A stretch of DNA of 64,000 nt. Source: Felis catus. Lineage: Eukaryota. The stretch lies in the NCBI RefSeq assembly GCF_018350175.1, contig NC_058369.1, forward strand, positions 10,542,001 through 10,606,000, written 5' to 3'. This document shows, in pieces, positions 12,066 through 25,060 of this stretch. Below the pieces are notes generated by a model, which worked only from the letters and a program-made list of their open reading frames with translations, did not search any database and was not told the origin of the DNA. Every line of letters begins with the position of its first letter. The first letter of the stretch is position 1. The translations under genes were made by a program, and so were the position numbers.

Positions 12066-13031
12066 TAAAAATTTTCTGAATAAAAATCTTCAAGCCTAGA
12101 TGTTCTGTTTTTACCTTTCAGTTCTAGGGCAATTCAACGTCAGACTTTCCTTGTGTTAGAAGAAATAGCACTTTGAAGAATTATGCAAATACAGCAAAAT
12201 GTAAATTTACCTGGGGTTTTCCATACTTCAATTTTGTATGTAGGGTTTGTATCAATAAAAGGTTTTATAGCTCACATAACTTAATATTCTTATGTTTCAT
12301 GAAAAAATAGAGAAAGAGAACAGTGTGCCTTATTTTTATAAAATACAAATAGCGTTCATAATATTTTAAATTTAAACAGGAGTAATTTGGGGACATCGGG
12401 AAAAAAGGAAGAACAATAGGAAGAATAAAAATACAGTTCAACTGTCTCTGAGGCAATAGTCATCCTTCCTACTTTATCCACATCCTCTCCTAATCTGGAC
12501 TGTTTAGAGAAGACAGTTCATTATTTATCTCCAGCTTTGTCTGGACTGTATTTCTAGACTCAGTCCCATCAATCATACTCTCTTGCCTCTTGAAAGATAA
12601 AGTTAAGACAGTCAAGACTTATCACCCTTTTGTTTCTAGGTATCCAAAGTCTTCAGATAAAGAAGAAAATGACAACTTTAACCTACAGAAATAATTCTAA
12701 ATAATTCTGATTCTGCTAAAAATAACAGGTAGTGTTCTCCATGAAAATATAAACTACTTATATGTTTTGTTTCTAACTCTATGTTTTGTTTTGTTTCCAA
12801 TTTTCAAATAACCAAAGCCCACCTAGGAAGTCAGATGCAAACAATCTATCAATGTTCCTTTAGGAAAGACTAGCAAACAAACAAACAAACAAACAACCCC
12901 AAAAAACCAGAAAACCAAAAAAACCAAAAACACCCACAAAAAATAAAAAAAGCAGTGGATGGATTTGGCCCACAGTCTGTAGTCTTCAAATCTATGATCT
13001 ACAGTTAAGTGTAAGAATATGGATGAATTTT

Positions 13032-13206
13032 GGGGCACCTGGGTGGCTCAGTCGGTTAAGCAACCAACTCTTCATATCGGCTCAGGTCATGATAGCACAG
13101 TTTGTGAGATACAGCCCCGTGTGGGGCCCCGTGTAGGGATGAGAATATGGAGCTTGTGTGGGATTCTCTGTCTCTCCCTCTCTCTCGGCCCCTGTCCCTC
13201 CCTCCC

Positions 13207-13249
<43 letters not shown>

Positions 13250-13275
13250 ATAAGTAAATAAAAAAAATTAACAAA
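13032..13275 (+). mobile_element. CanSINE
   Basis: TSD aagaatat(g/a)gatgaatttt at 13013 and 13276. Confidence 0.93.
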
Positions 13276-13379
13276 AGAATATAGATGAATTTTGAATCAT
13301 AATTACGAGTGAAAAAAAGCAATTTGCTGAATGATATATACAAAGTAATGCCATTTACTTATTTAGAAGTGAAATTCAC

Positions 13380-14010
13380 ATAGCATAAAATTAATCATTT
13401 AAATATAATAATTCAGGGACAGTATGTTGACCTCTGTCTAGTTCTAGAACACTGTCATCACCAGAAAGGAAATTCAGTACCCATTAAGTAGTCACCTTCC
13501 CTTTCTTCCCTTCTCTTACCTCCTGAAAACCACTACTCTTCTTTTTGTCTTTATGGATTTGCCTATTCTGGATATTTCATATAAACAGAATAACATAATA
13601 TGTGGTACTTGGTAGCTGACTTCTTTAACTTATAGTATGTTTAAGGTTTATCCACATTGAGCATGTATCAGCACTTGTTTCTTTTGTGTTGTTGAATAAT
13701 ATTCCATTGTATGGCTATGCCAAATTTTCTTTCTTCATTCATTGATTGATAGATATTTGGCTGGACGTTTGGCTGGACATTCATTACTTGGTGGACATTG
13801 CCACAATTCACATGTTGTGAATGGTGCTGCTATGAACATTTGTGCACACGTGTTTGCTTGAATACCTGATTTCACTTTGTTTGGGTGTGTGCTTAGGAGT
13901 GGAATTGCTGAATCACATGTTGATTCTATGTTTAAAATTTGAAAAACAGCCAAACTCTTTTCCGTAATGGCTATATCATGTCACCTTCCCACGTGCAATG
14001 TATGAGGGCC
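13380..14010 (-). mobile_element. Old L1MB-like 3' fragment
   Basis: tatggatttgcctattctggatatttcatataaa; ttaggagtggaattgctg. Confidence 0.75.
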
Positions 14011-15859
14011 ATATATTTATTAAAGTATTAAAAGCCCAAACCAAACAAAAAAGCGAACAAAGTCCCCTAAATTAAAGGAGTAGAGGATGCAAAGCATGCG
14101 ACTTTGTAGGTACAGGGTATCCATGAGCATTGGAGCCTTAATCCATATTTATCTCAGCAGCAGGCTCCCCAGCAGGCTTCATCCATTGTGTTCCTCCATC
14201 CATGGCTTGGTCAGGTAGATATGACTTACACGCATGGTCCTTTGCCATGGGTGAAAGTGAATTCTGGAATTTCACCCTAAAAATTCCCAAAATCTCACTG
14301 AAGCCAAAGTACAGTCAAGGCAGAACTGTCTATGAGAAGCCTCTTCCTCACACCGTATCTGCCTTCTCTAACAAAGAACAGACACTTCACTTCTTGGTCT
14401 ATGCTCCATGGAAAGAAGAATTGCTCAGGATCACTTAACAATTGAATACTTTACCAAGTGATTTTCACCGTTTCATTTAACAAATAGGAACAATCAAAAT
14501 GCCCCGGACACCGGTTTAGGTATAGAGGAATAAAAATTTTGTGCACATTTATATTTTGGCAGTGTGAAGTCCCATAGAAAGCATAATGTCAACATTGTGT
14601 CTCAAATTCAGTATTTTCTTAATTTTCCAATTTATCTGTCAGTGATAATCTTTTGCCTTTGTCAAAAGTTCTTGGGCATCAGTTCATTCTGGTCTCAGTG
14701 TATTCACAATATATCATCACCCTCATCATCCTCCAGGTGAAAGGACTAGGTGCCTTATGTAGGTAGTCAGCATTAGGAATGGTTTCGAATCCTTGAGACC
14801 AATCACAGCCAACTATACCTGTCAAAAAAAAAAAAAAAACAAAAAAACAAAAACAAAACAAAACCCAAAAAACCCTTGAGTTTCTTCTTGTGTGTTGCAA
14901 GGAATTCTGTGACCTGGCATCCTAATTTGGCATGTTTCAACCTTGTCTATTTTTGGTTTGAGGGATGAGAAATGGATTTCTGAAGGAGGATTATGCCCGA
15001 TTTGCACATGTATATACACTCTATTCATACAGGTAACATTTCCTCATCCTTTTGGTTAGGACTTCAGTGGCTTCTCCTCACAAACATTTTCCTTCTTCTC
15101 TCCTAATATCCCCCAACAGATTGGATTCTTCTATCATATGCACACGCAACTCTTAATTCTTCCCATTCTCAGTGTGGAAGTCTAACAAAGAACAATCTGC
15201 TGTGAACAGCTAACATGCATATGGCCTTTCTGACTTGAATGATAAAGTCATCTTTATAACTAAAAATATAATTCCTTGAATATACTTGTATATTGTTATA
15301 TGACATGTAATATTATGAAATGAACTTTGAGCATCACGTATGAGCCCATCTCATAACAGAACCTGTTCCTTTCTTTTTTTTCATTTTTCGAGTTCTTTTT
15401 TTTAATGCCACTATAATTAATATACTGGTTTTTATTAGTTTCAGGTTACAGTATAGTGATTCAACAATTCTATACATTACTCGGCGCTCATCATAATAAG
15501 GGTACTCTTAATCCCAGAGCCTGTTCCCTTCTACACAGAAACCTAAAGAGATGATGACCAGTCTTTGCCTCTTGTGACCCCAACATGTATAGACACTCCC
15601 AGAGTCCTTGCCTGTAAAACCATTTTATAGGCCCTTCTCCCTAGGCTTTTTTGACAGGGATGATTTTTCATTTGTTTTGTTCCAATTGCCAACTGATCAA
15701 TGAGAACAATGACAAAAATGCAGCGATGAGCCTGTGCGAGGTTGTGTGTGGTCAGAAGTATTTTCACAACACCAGAATGTTCAACTGCGTTCTTTAGATC
15801 TTTGGAGAAGGAATGCATTGTAGGGATGGATGGGGCAATCGTTAAGGGTACTGCATGCT

Positions 15860-16081
15860 AGGGGGCGCCTGGGTGGCTCAGTCGGTTAAGCGTCCGACTT
15901 CGGCTCAGGTCATGATCTCTTGGTTCATGAGTTCCAGCCCCGTGTCAGGCTCTGTGCTGACAGCTCAGAGCTCTGGAGCCTGCTTCAGATTCTGTGTCTC
16001 CCTCTGTGCTCCTCCCCTGCTCACACTGTCTGTCTCTCTCTCTCTTAAAAAGTAAATAAACATTAAAAAATTACAAAAAAA
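15860..16081 (+). mobile_element. CanSINE
   Basis: TSD gtactgcatgcta on both sides. Confidence 0.95.
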
Positions 16082-16149
16082 GTGTACTGCATGCTAGACA
16101 TCATACCTACATAGAGGAGACAACCTGTTGGAGGGAAGGAGTCCAATAG

Positions 16150-16640
16150 GATAAAAAGTACACATGGAGCTCCAGAGATATCTCCCAGTAGTCAAACCTG
16201 TGTACGTTTTATTCTGTTTTTCTCTTCTACCTCCAGAGAACTAAATATCCAAGGAATAGAGAGACAAAACAGGATACTTCATGAATGAGGCTCCATGGGA
16301 ATTCATCCCCCAAAGCCACAGAAACTGTAAAATGCTTTGCTACCCCACCCCAAGACTACTTTACCAATGTCAGATGAGAAAACCCAACATTGCCTTCCTC
16401 TGGAAGCTCACGAGTGGTTCCATCTCACTGCCCTTGCTGGGGGCACAGCCCCCAACTCCATCCATTACCTAAGGAAGAAACTGAGTCACTGAACTCAAAC
16501 TGTGAGCCGATACTATATAGGTGAGCCACAGCATCTTTACAGATGTTGGGAAATGCGTGGCATAGCACAAGGGACTCCTTTTATTGGTCGTAACCTTGGG
16601 GGGAACCAACAGGGATAACAAATAAAGGAAAATTTAATAA
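16150..16640 (+). promoter_or_regulatory. Diverged copy of the promoter/first-exon module, upstream of pseudogene A
   Basis: gaatgaggctccatgggaattcatcccccaaagccacagaaactgtaaaatgc aligns with taatgagactcaggggaattcattccctacggctacagaaattaaaatgc (35711). Donor AG|GTGAGC (GT at 16521); CCAACAGGGATAA at 16606. Confidence 0.55.
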
Positions 16641-17184
16641 TATAAAACTCTGCCATGTTACCATCCCTGGTTCTGGACAAAGATTCCATATACAGTAAAA
16701 TATTTTTTCCCTTAATCTGTCTCATCTAGTGTTGGCTTCTAATCATTGGACCTTCCTTCCTCGGTAGCATTTCTTCTAATTTTGCTGCTTCTCCTTTCTT
16801 TTCCATTGATGGAAATGCCTGTCTAACCTTATTCCACCATTTGCCCTTTTAGTTCTGTAAATATTTATTTAGTAATTAGTGCATGTTAGGCACTAACATT
16901 GAAGGATTGAAGGAAAGCATTAGACATTGTTCCTTCTTTCAAGGGGCTTGTAGTTTAAAAAGGGGAAACAAATAAAAAAAAATCCTGATAGGGCACTGAA
17001 GTAGATCCAAAAGTACTCGACTCTTTCTGGGGAGGTGAGTGAAGTCTTCACAGACAAGCTTGTATTTTTAATTTTTACCAGGCAGAAGTGGGATTCTTCC
17101 AGTGGAGAAAGGGAACGAGGTGGTTGGGAAACAAATGTGGGCATTAATGCAACTGTAAAGTATGCTTAGGAAGTTACTCATAGT

Positions 17185-17590
17185 TCTTTTGTTTTAAATT
17201 TATTTATTTAAATTCAAATTAGGGGCGCCTGGATGCCTCAATCGATTAAGCGCCCGATTTTGGCCCAGATCATGACCTCCTGGTTCGTGGGTTTGAGCCC
17301 TGAGACAGGCTCTTCTCTGACAGCTCAGAGCCTGGAGCCTGCTTCAGATACTGTGTCTCCCTCTCTCTCTTCCCCACCCCCACTCACGCTCTGTCTGTCT
17401 CTCTCTCAAAAATGAATAAACATTAATAAAAATAAAAAAGGCATTCAAGTTAATTAATATGCAGTGTAGTATTGGTTTTGGGAGTAGAACCCAGTGATTC
17501 ATCACTTCCATATAACACCCAGTGCTCATCCCAAGTGCCCTCCTTAATGCCCATTGCCCATTTAGTCCATACCCCACTGACCTCCCCAAT
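17185..17590. mobile_element. L1 3'-end fragment (-) with a CanSINE (+, 17222-17440) inserted
   Basis: acacccagtgctcatc L1 3'UTR motif; SINE head ggggcgcctggatgcctca. Confidence 0.85.
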
Positions 17591-18261
17591 ACCCGACCAA
17601 TAATGAGGGCAGAGGGCAAAGAGTGAAACATGAGGTGGGCCAGCTAAATAGCAGCCGGATGACAGAGACCTTACATTTTCATTGGATTAACACTTCATTC
17701 TGAAATCAGTGGAGTCAGTGCAGAGCTTATAGTAGGTTATGTTCACAATCGGGCTCATTGTGTGGAAAGATCACCCAGGTCAATGTGAGAGACAGAGTAT
17801 TGCTGATTGTCAATGTCATACAGAGATAATGAATAAAAATAGCACAATGGAGGTAGAGATGGGAGGTGGGGAATGAATATGTCAGTAACTGAAACAGTGT
17901 ATCCAAAAGTTCACTGATTAATGCTAGGCATACATGAATATTTTTATTCATTATTTTATTTAATTCTTTCATAACTATGAAGTTGAGGTTCTTATTCTGA
18001 TTTTATGGGGAAAGAATATGAGACTTACAAGAGGCATATAATGGAGACTGGAGTCAAGCTCAGATCTTGCTGTCTCTAAGGTGTTTGCATTTCACTAATT
18101 TTAATTTTTAACAGACTTTATTTTATAAACAGTTTTAAACTCACAGAGATATTGTGAAGATAGTGTACAAAAACTCCACACCCAGTTTTCCTTATTTATA
18201 TCTCCCATCCAGGAGAACACATTGCATTTAGTTATCCCTTCTCTTTTTAAAAAAGGTTTTT

Positions 18262-19261
18262 TCTTTTTAATATGAAATTTATTGTCAAATTGGTTTCCAT
18301 ACAACACCCAGTGCTCATCCCAACAGGTGCCCTCCTCAATGCCCATCACCTACCACCCCCCTCCCACCCCCCCATCAACCCTCAGTTTTTTCTCAGTTTT
18401 TAAGAGTCTCTTATGTTTTGGCTCTCTCCCTCTCTAGCCTTTTTTTTTCTTCCCCTCCCCCTTGGTCTTCTGTTAAGTTTCTCAGGATCCACATAAGAGT
18501 GAAAACATACGGTATTTGTCTTTCTCCGTAAAACTTATTTCACTTAGCATAACACTCTCTGGTTCCATCCATGTTGCTACAAAAGTCCGTATTTCATTCT
18601 TTCTCATTGCCAGGTAGGATTCCATTGTGTATATAAACCACATCTTCTTTATCCATTCATCAGTTGATGGACATTTAGGCTCTTTCCATAGTATGGCTAT
18701 TGTTGAAAGTGCTGCTTTAAACATTGGGGTACAAGTGCCCCTATGCATCAGCACTCCCGTATCCCTTGGGTAAATTCCTAGCAGTGAGTGCTATTGCTGG
18801 GTCATAAGGTAGATCTATTTTTAATTTTTTGAGGAACCTCCACACCGTTTTCCAGAGCGGCTGCACCAGTTTGCATTCCTACCAACAGTGCAAGAGGGTT
18901 CCCGTTTCTCCACATCCTCTCTAGCATCTAGAGTCTCCTGGTTTGTTCATTTTAGCCACTCCGACTGGCATGAGGTGGTATCTGAGTGTGGTTTTGATTT
19001 ATATTTCCCTGATGAGGAGCGACGTTGAGCATCTTTTCATGTGCCTGTTGGCCATCTGGATGTCTTCTTTAGAGAAGTGTCTATTCATGTTTTCTTCCCC
19101 TTTCTTCACTGGCTTATTTGTTTTTTGGGTGTGGAGTTTGGTGAGTTCTTTATAGATTTTGGATACTAGCTCTTTGTCCAATATGTCATTTGCAAATATC
19201 GTTTCCCATTCCGTTGGTTGCCTTTTAGTTTTGTTGATTGTTTCCTTTGCAGTGCAGAAGC
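18262..19261 (-). mobile_element. 5'-truncated felid L1 inserted in the tail of a CanSINE
   Basis: ORF2 C-terminal peptides on -; TSD ttaaaaaaggttttt at 18247-18261 and 19262-19276. Confidence 0.93.
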
Positions 19262-19269
19262 TTAAAAAA

Positions 19270-19477
19270 GGTTTTTAATGTTTATTTGTGTTTTGAGAGA
19301 AAGAAACAAAGTGTGAGTGGGAGAGGGGCAGAGAGAGAGGGAGACATAGAATCTGAAGCAGGCTCCAGGCTCAGAGCTGTCAGCACAGAGCCCGACACGG
19401 GGCTCGAACACAAACCGTGAGATCATGATCTGAGCCAAAGCTGAACGCTTAACCGACTGATCCACCCAGGTGCCCCT
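19270..19477 (-). mobile_element. CanSINE whose tail is split by the L1 at 18262-19261
   Basis: TSD gttatcccttct at 18231-18242 and 19479-19490. Confidence 0.93.
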
Positions 19478-20169
19478 GGTTATCCCTTCTTGGCTCCTCT
19501 TAGCTATGACAGTTTCTCAGACTTCCCTTGTTTTAATAAACTTAAATTCTGAGGAGTACTGGTCAACTATTTTGTAAAATGCCCTTGATTTGGATTCGTC
19601 TGATGCTTTTCTCATGATTTAACAGGGTCTATGGATTTTGGAGAGGAAGACTACATATCAAGAGTGCATAATACTAACATAAGGTATTGCTGTTCACTGT
19701 GGCATTGATTACCTGGCTGCTTTTCAGGTTTCCTTACTTAAAATTTTCTCTCCTCCCCCACTCCCCCCCATGCCCCCAACTGGGCTCTTCGTAAGGAAGT
19801 TACCATGTACAGCTCACACTTCAGGAATGGGGAATTATGTTCCACCTTTTTGAGAGTGGAATATTTAAATAACTTATTGAATCTCTTCTGCATAAGAGAT
19901 TTGTCTTTATGTTGTTTGTTTATAATTTGTTTACTTATAATATGGATTTATGGCTATTGATTTTACATGTTGAGTTATAACCCAATACCACTTCGTGATG
20001 TTGCTCAAATTGTTCCCGCTTTGGGCACTGGGAGTTCTTTCGGGTAGCTTCCATGTCCTTTGCTATGTCCCCACCATGGTGGGATTTTTGAGTACCTTCT
20101 TTCTGGCACCGCAAGATGCTCCAGGCTCATCAGGTGTATTGTCCGGTCCAGCCCTAGAATTCATTATTA

Positions 20170-20418
20170 TTATTATTTTTATTATTATTATTTTTTATTA
20201 AAAAATTTTTTTTTTCAACGTTTATTTATTTTTGGGACAGAGAGAGACAGAGCATGAACAGGCGAGGGGCAGAGAGAGAGGGAGACACAGAATCGGAAAC
20301 AGGCTCCAGGCTCTGAGCCATCAGCCCAGAGCCCGACGTGGGGCTCGAACTCACGGACCGCGAGATCGTGACCTGGCTGAAGTCGGACGCTTAACCGACT
20401 GCGCCACCCAGGCGCCCC
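20170..20418 (-). mobile_element. Young, CpG-rich felid CanSINE
   Basis: Near-identical to copies at 54627, 61063 and 63868; TSD ccctagaattcattatt. Confidence 0.95.
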
Positions 20419-23127
20419 TAGAATTCATTATTTTTCCAAGGAGCTCAGGTTTCTTCTACAGGTGAACGGTGTTAGACATCAAGATCCAAACTCTTGGTTT
20501 GCTCATTTCTACTAGGATCTTTAGGCCCTTTCAGTTGACAAGCAAGGAAACGTGTGTTTACTAATCTGTGTATGTACCTGTCTATATAACCTGTGTATAT
20601 GTGTCGGACTCCAATCCACGACCATATCCTGGCCCTGCTTATCTGTAAACCTTACTGCAACAGTCAGAATCCTGGTTTCCCCATCTGTCATCCATTTACT
20701 TGATCGCTCTCCTCTCGTATACATATATAGACGTGCCATCATTGCTAATCCGTACAATGGTGGAAGATAACTTTATCAACCTGAGTACACTATGTAATTA
20801 TGTACTGTTCTTTCCCTTCAATTTTATAGACACCACTTATTTCCAGTTTTACTTAGTTTATGACCATTTCCCTCATCCCATTCAGCGAGGTTGTTTCATA
20901 CGTTTGTAATATAAGTAGATAGTTTTGTTTTTTTTTTTTTTCACATTCTGCATTCCATCCAGGGATTCTCTTGACTTTCTTTCCCAACTGATGTCTTTGT
21001 TTGGATACATGAAGGTTTAATTGTAAAAGTGATGTAAAGTTTCAATGGGTTTTGTCAAATACATGATATCAAGTACTCACAATTGTACACAAACATTCTA
21101 TGGAATAGTTTTGGTACTTGGAAAAATTCACTGGGTTTCACCTATACAACTCTTCCTTCCCTCCTACAAACTCTTGGCAACCATTGATCATTTTATTTTC
21201 TGTATAGCTTTTACTTTTCCAGAATGTCATATAACTGAAATTATACTGTATGTAGGCTTTCAGTCTGGCTTCTTTCATTCAGAAACAAGCACTTAAGATT
21301 TATCCAGCCTTTTTGTGGCTCAGTGAATAATTTCTTTTTATCACTGAATAATATTCCATTGTATAGATGTACCATAGTGTGTTTATATATTTACTTATTG
21401 AAGGACATCTTGGTTGCCCCCAGATTTTGGAGATTATGAATAAAGCTGCTATAAACATTTGCACACAGGCTATTGTGTGGATGTGTTTTCAGATTCGTTG
21501 GGTTTATATCTAGTAGTGCAACTATTGGATTGTATGGTAAGATTATGTTTAATTTTATAAGAACCTGCCAGACGTCTTCCAGAGTGGCCGTGCCATTTTG
21601 TACTCTCACTAGCAATGAATGAGAGCTTGTATGGCTCCATATTTGTATATTTTGGATGAAAGTCTTTTATCAGATAAATGTTCTGCAAATATTTTCTCCC
21701 AGGCTGTGGGTTATTTTGCTTCTCTTGACAGTTTCTTTTGCAAGTGGAAGTTTTTAATTTTAATAAAGTCCAACTTAGTTTTTTCTTTCATGGATTATTT
21801 TTTTTTTGGTGTTGTATCTAAAAACTCATTACCAAACACAAGAGCCCTAGATTTTCTCCAATATTTTCTTCTAAAGCTTTTATAGTTTTGCATTTTAAGT
21901 ATATGATACAATTTGAGTTAGTTTTGTGAAAGCTGTAAGTTTGTGTCTAGGTTCATGTTGTTTGCACATATATGTCTGATTGTTTTAGCTTCACTTGTTG
22001 AAAATACTATTGAATATTGAATTTTCTTTGCTTCTTTGTCATAGATCAGCTCCTCTATTTGTGTGGGTCTATTTCTAGATTTTTAACCCTGTTCCATTAA
22101 TCCATGTGTTTATTCTTTTGCGAACACAGTATTGTCTGGATCACCATAGGTTTACAGTAAGTACTGAAATTAGGGTATGTGAGTTCTCCAACTTTTCCCC
22201 TTCATTATTGTGTTACTACTGTAGGTCTTTTTCTTTACTGTATAAACTTTAGAATTGGTTTGTTGATATCTCCAAAATAGCTTGCTGGCATTTTGACCGT
22301 GATTGCATTGAATGTACAGGTCAAGTTGGGAAGATTGATATCTTACAATGTTGCTGCTCCGTGATTATAGGACATGTGTCCATCTATGTGGATCTTCTGT
22401 GATTTCTTTCATTTTTTAAATAGTTTTTCACCTTTAGGTTCTACACGTCTCTTGTTTAATTTATATCTCAGCATTTCATTTTTGAGGGTGCTATTGCAAA
22501 TGGTGTATTTTTAAATTTCAAATCCCAGTTGCTCATTTTTGGTATGTAGGAAGGTAATTAACTTTTACATGTTTATCCTGTTTCTTGCAATCTTGCTATA
22601 GTCACTTATTAGTTCCTGGGGTTTTCTTGTTGGTTCTTTGGGATTTTCCTCATAGATGATCATGTCAGCTGTGAGCAAAGACAGTTATTTCTTCCTTCTC
22701 AGTCTGTATACCTTTACTTGATTTTCTTTTTTTAAAAGTTTTATTTATTTTCAAGTTTTTATTTAAATTCCGGTTAGTTTAACATACAATGTAATATTAG
22801 TTTCAAGAGTAGAATTTAGTGATTCAGCCCTTCCATACAACACCTGGGGCTCACCACAAGTGAACTCCTTAATCCCCACCAGCTAGTTCACTCATTCGTC
22901 ACCCACCTTCCCTCTGGCAACCATCAGTTTGTTCTCTATAGTTAAGAGTATGTTTCTTGGTTTGCCTCTCCCCTTCCGCCCCCGACTTTTGCTCATTTGT
23001 TTAGTTTTTCAAATTCTACATATGAGTGAAATCATATGGTATTTGTCTTTCTTTGACTGACTGACTTTGTTTAGCATAAGCAACAGCATGGATGGAGCTA
23101 GAGTATTATTCTATGAATACATTAACA

Positions 23128-23329
23128 TTTTTTAATGTTTATTTATTATTGAGAGACAGAGAGAGACAGAGCATGAGCATGGGAGGGGCAGATAGAGGGG
23201 AGACACAGAATCTGAAGCAGGCTCTGAGCTGTCTGCACAGAGCCCGATGTGGGGCTCAAACCCACACACCATGAGATCATGACCTGAGCTGAAGTCGACA
23301 CTTAACCAACTGAGCCACCCAGGCGCCCC
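23128..23329 (-). mobile_element. CanSINE
   Basis: TSD ctatgaatacatt at 23111 and 23332. Confidence 0.92.
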
Positions 23330-24850
23330 AGCTATGAATACATTTTTAAGTATGAAATAGTGTATTGTTAACTCTAGGCACAGATGGCTTTCAAATATTG
23401 AACCAATTTTGCATATCTGGAATAAATTTCATTTGGTCTTCGTGTCATATCATTTCTTTACATTGTTGATTTTGCTTTACTAATATTTTTTAAGGATTTT
23501 GCATCTATTTTCATGAGAGATATTGGCCTGTAATGTTCCTGTCTTGTAATGTCTTTCGTTCCAATGTTAGTTAATGCTGGCTTTACCAAATGAGTTAGGA
23601 AGTACTCTGACTGCTTCTATTTTCTGGAAGTATTATGGAGGATTGGTATAACTTCTTCCTTAAAGGTTTGCTAGAATTTACTAGCATTTCAGTAATAGTT
23701 TTTAAAACAATCAAAATAGTTTGGTTTCACATACCAAAACACTTACTTTCCCAACTCATTGGACTTTGAAAAAAATCATTGAAAATATTTTGGTTGAATT
23801 CTGTCAATTTTACTATTTGTATTTTCAATTTTTTATTGATCTTTATTTGTAAGTTATTATGATACTGTGAGGATATGAATCCTTTGGGGCCATAAAGATC
23901 AAAATATTTATCTAGTTGAGTATTAAGAGTATTGTTATTTTTTTCTGGACACTCTGGGGGCTATAACTTGGATGTGTAATATTTTACTGGCACCTAGAGA
24001 AGTCGATTCCCCCTTCACACCCTCTCTCGATTGAATGCAGCCTTTTCTTTCCTTCCCCCCTTTTGTCGACTTCATTCTTCTCTCCCTCTCTGTAGACTAG
24101 TTTTCTCTCCCTCTCCATGTGCATAGCAGAAGACCACCACAAACATTCCCTGATTCAGAGCTGGCTCATTCTTGGGATCCCTACAGACATGGCTACCCCA
24201 TTAGGATGCTTGACTACAAAACTCAGTTCTCCGAAGAAAGCGAGCTAATAGGCTTATCTTATAGAGTGCCCTCTGCTGCCCATTCAGCTATGCTTCCGGT
24301 ATAGGAGGATATGACGCCATGGTTCATGACTCTGAGCATGCATGTCGGTGGGGTAAAGGAAGTTATCACTGAAGAGGACACAAACTGAACATCTATCCCA
24401 TGCTGAATTTGTGTTCTACAATCAAAAATGCAGAATTTAGAGACAGTGGACGCCGAGGGAGATAAATTGTAGTGTATGGAGTGATGAGTTACGTGTCATT
24501 TATATACATGATTTACAATATATATACTTAAATGCATTGTATTTGACAACGGATACATGTAAAGGACACCTGTGAGATCTCACTCGTTAGGAGCTTTCCC
24601 CAGCATCTGAATGTTCTAGCCTCCTGCCTCTTCTCTTATTTTACCTTCTACCCTTATACCTGCTGTACCCATTCTGGTCACAGCGCTCTCCTTTCTGTTT
24701 CTAAGTGATAACAGGAATGCTCCTATACTGGGGGCTTTGCCCTGAATATTTCTCTGTTCTACATGCTCTTCTCATAGATAAATCCTGCACTTCATCCCAA
24801 TGACCAGGTTTTTTCCCCTCAAAGGTCTCTAATTAGAAGTGAGAATACAA

Positions 24851-25060
24851 GGGGCACCTGGGTGGCTCGGTTGGTGAAGCATGTGACTCTTGATTTCAGC
24901 TCAGGTCGTGATCTCACGGTTAGTGAGTTCGAGCCACATCAGGCTCTGTGCTGTCAGCACAGAGCTTAGGATTCTCTCTCTCTCTCCCTCTCTCCCTGCC
25001 CCTCCCCTGCTTGTACACACTCTCTCTCTGAAAATAAATAAATAAAAACTAAAAAGAAGA
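24851..25060 (+). mobile_element. CanSINE
   Basis: Head ggggcacctgggtggctcgg, (CT)n, A tail. Confidence 0.92.

Larger units (their letters stand above)
19490..23690 (-). mobile_element. Mosaic of old L1MC/MD-like fragments in the unit A intron
   Basis: L1M 3'UTR and ORF2 antisense text; similar segments at 54400-56830 (C) and 36960-37620 (B). Confidence 0.7.

Noticed and set aside
12100..15850. Exons of a non-OR gene or an OR enhancer between the divergent promoters
   Set aside because: No convincing coding pattern, splice pair or clustered homeodomain+O/E composite seen by eye; conservation or ATAC data would be needed.
15860..15945. tRNA-like A/B boxes
   Set aside because: tRNA-derived CanSINE heads followed by (CT)n and A tails; not tRNA genes.
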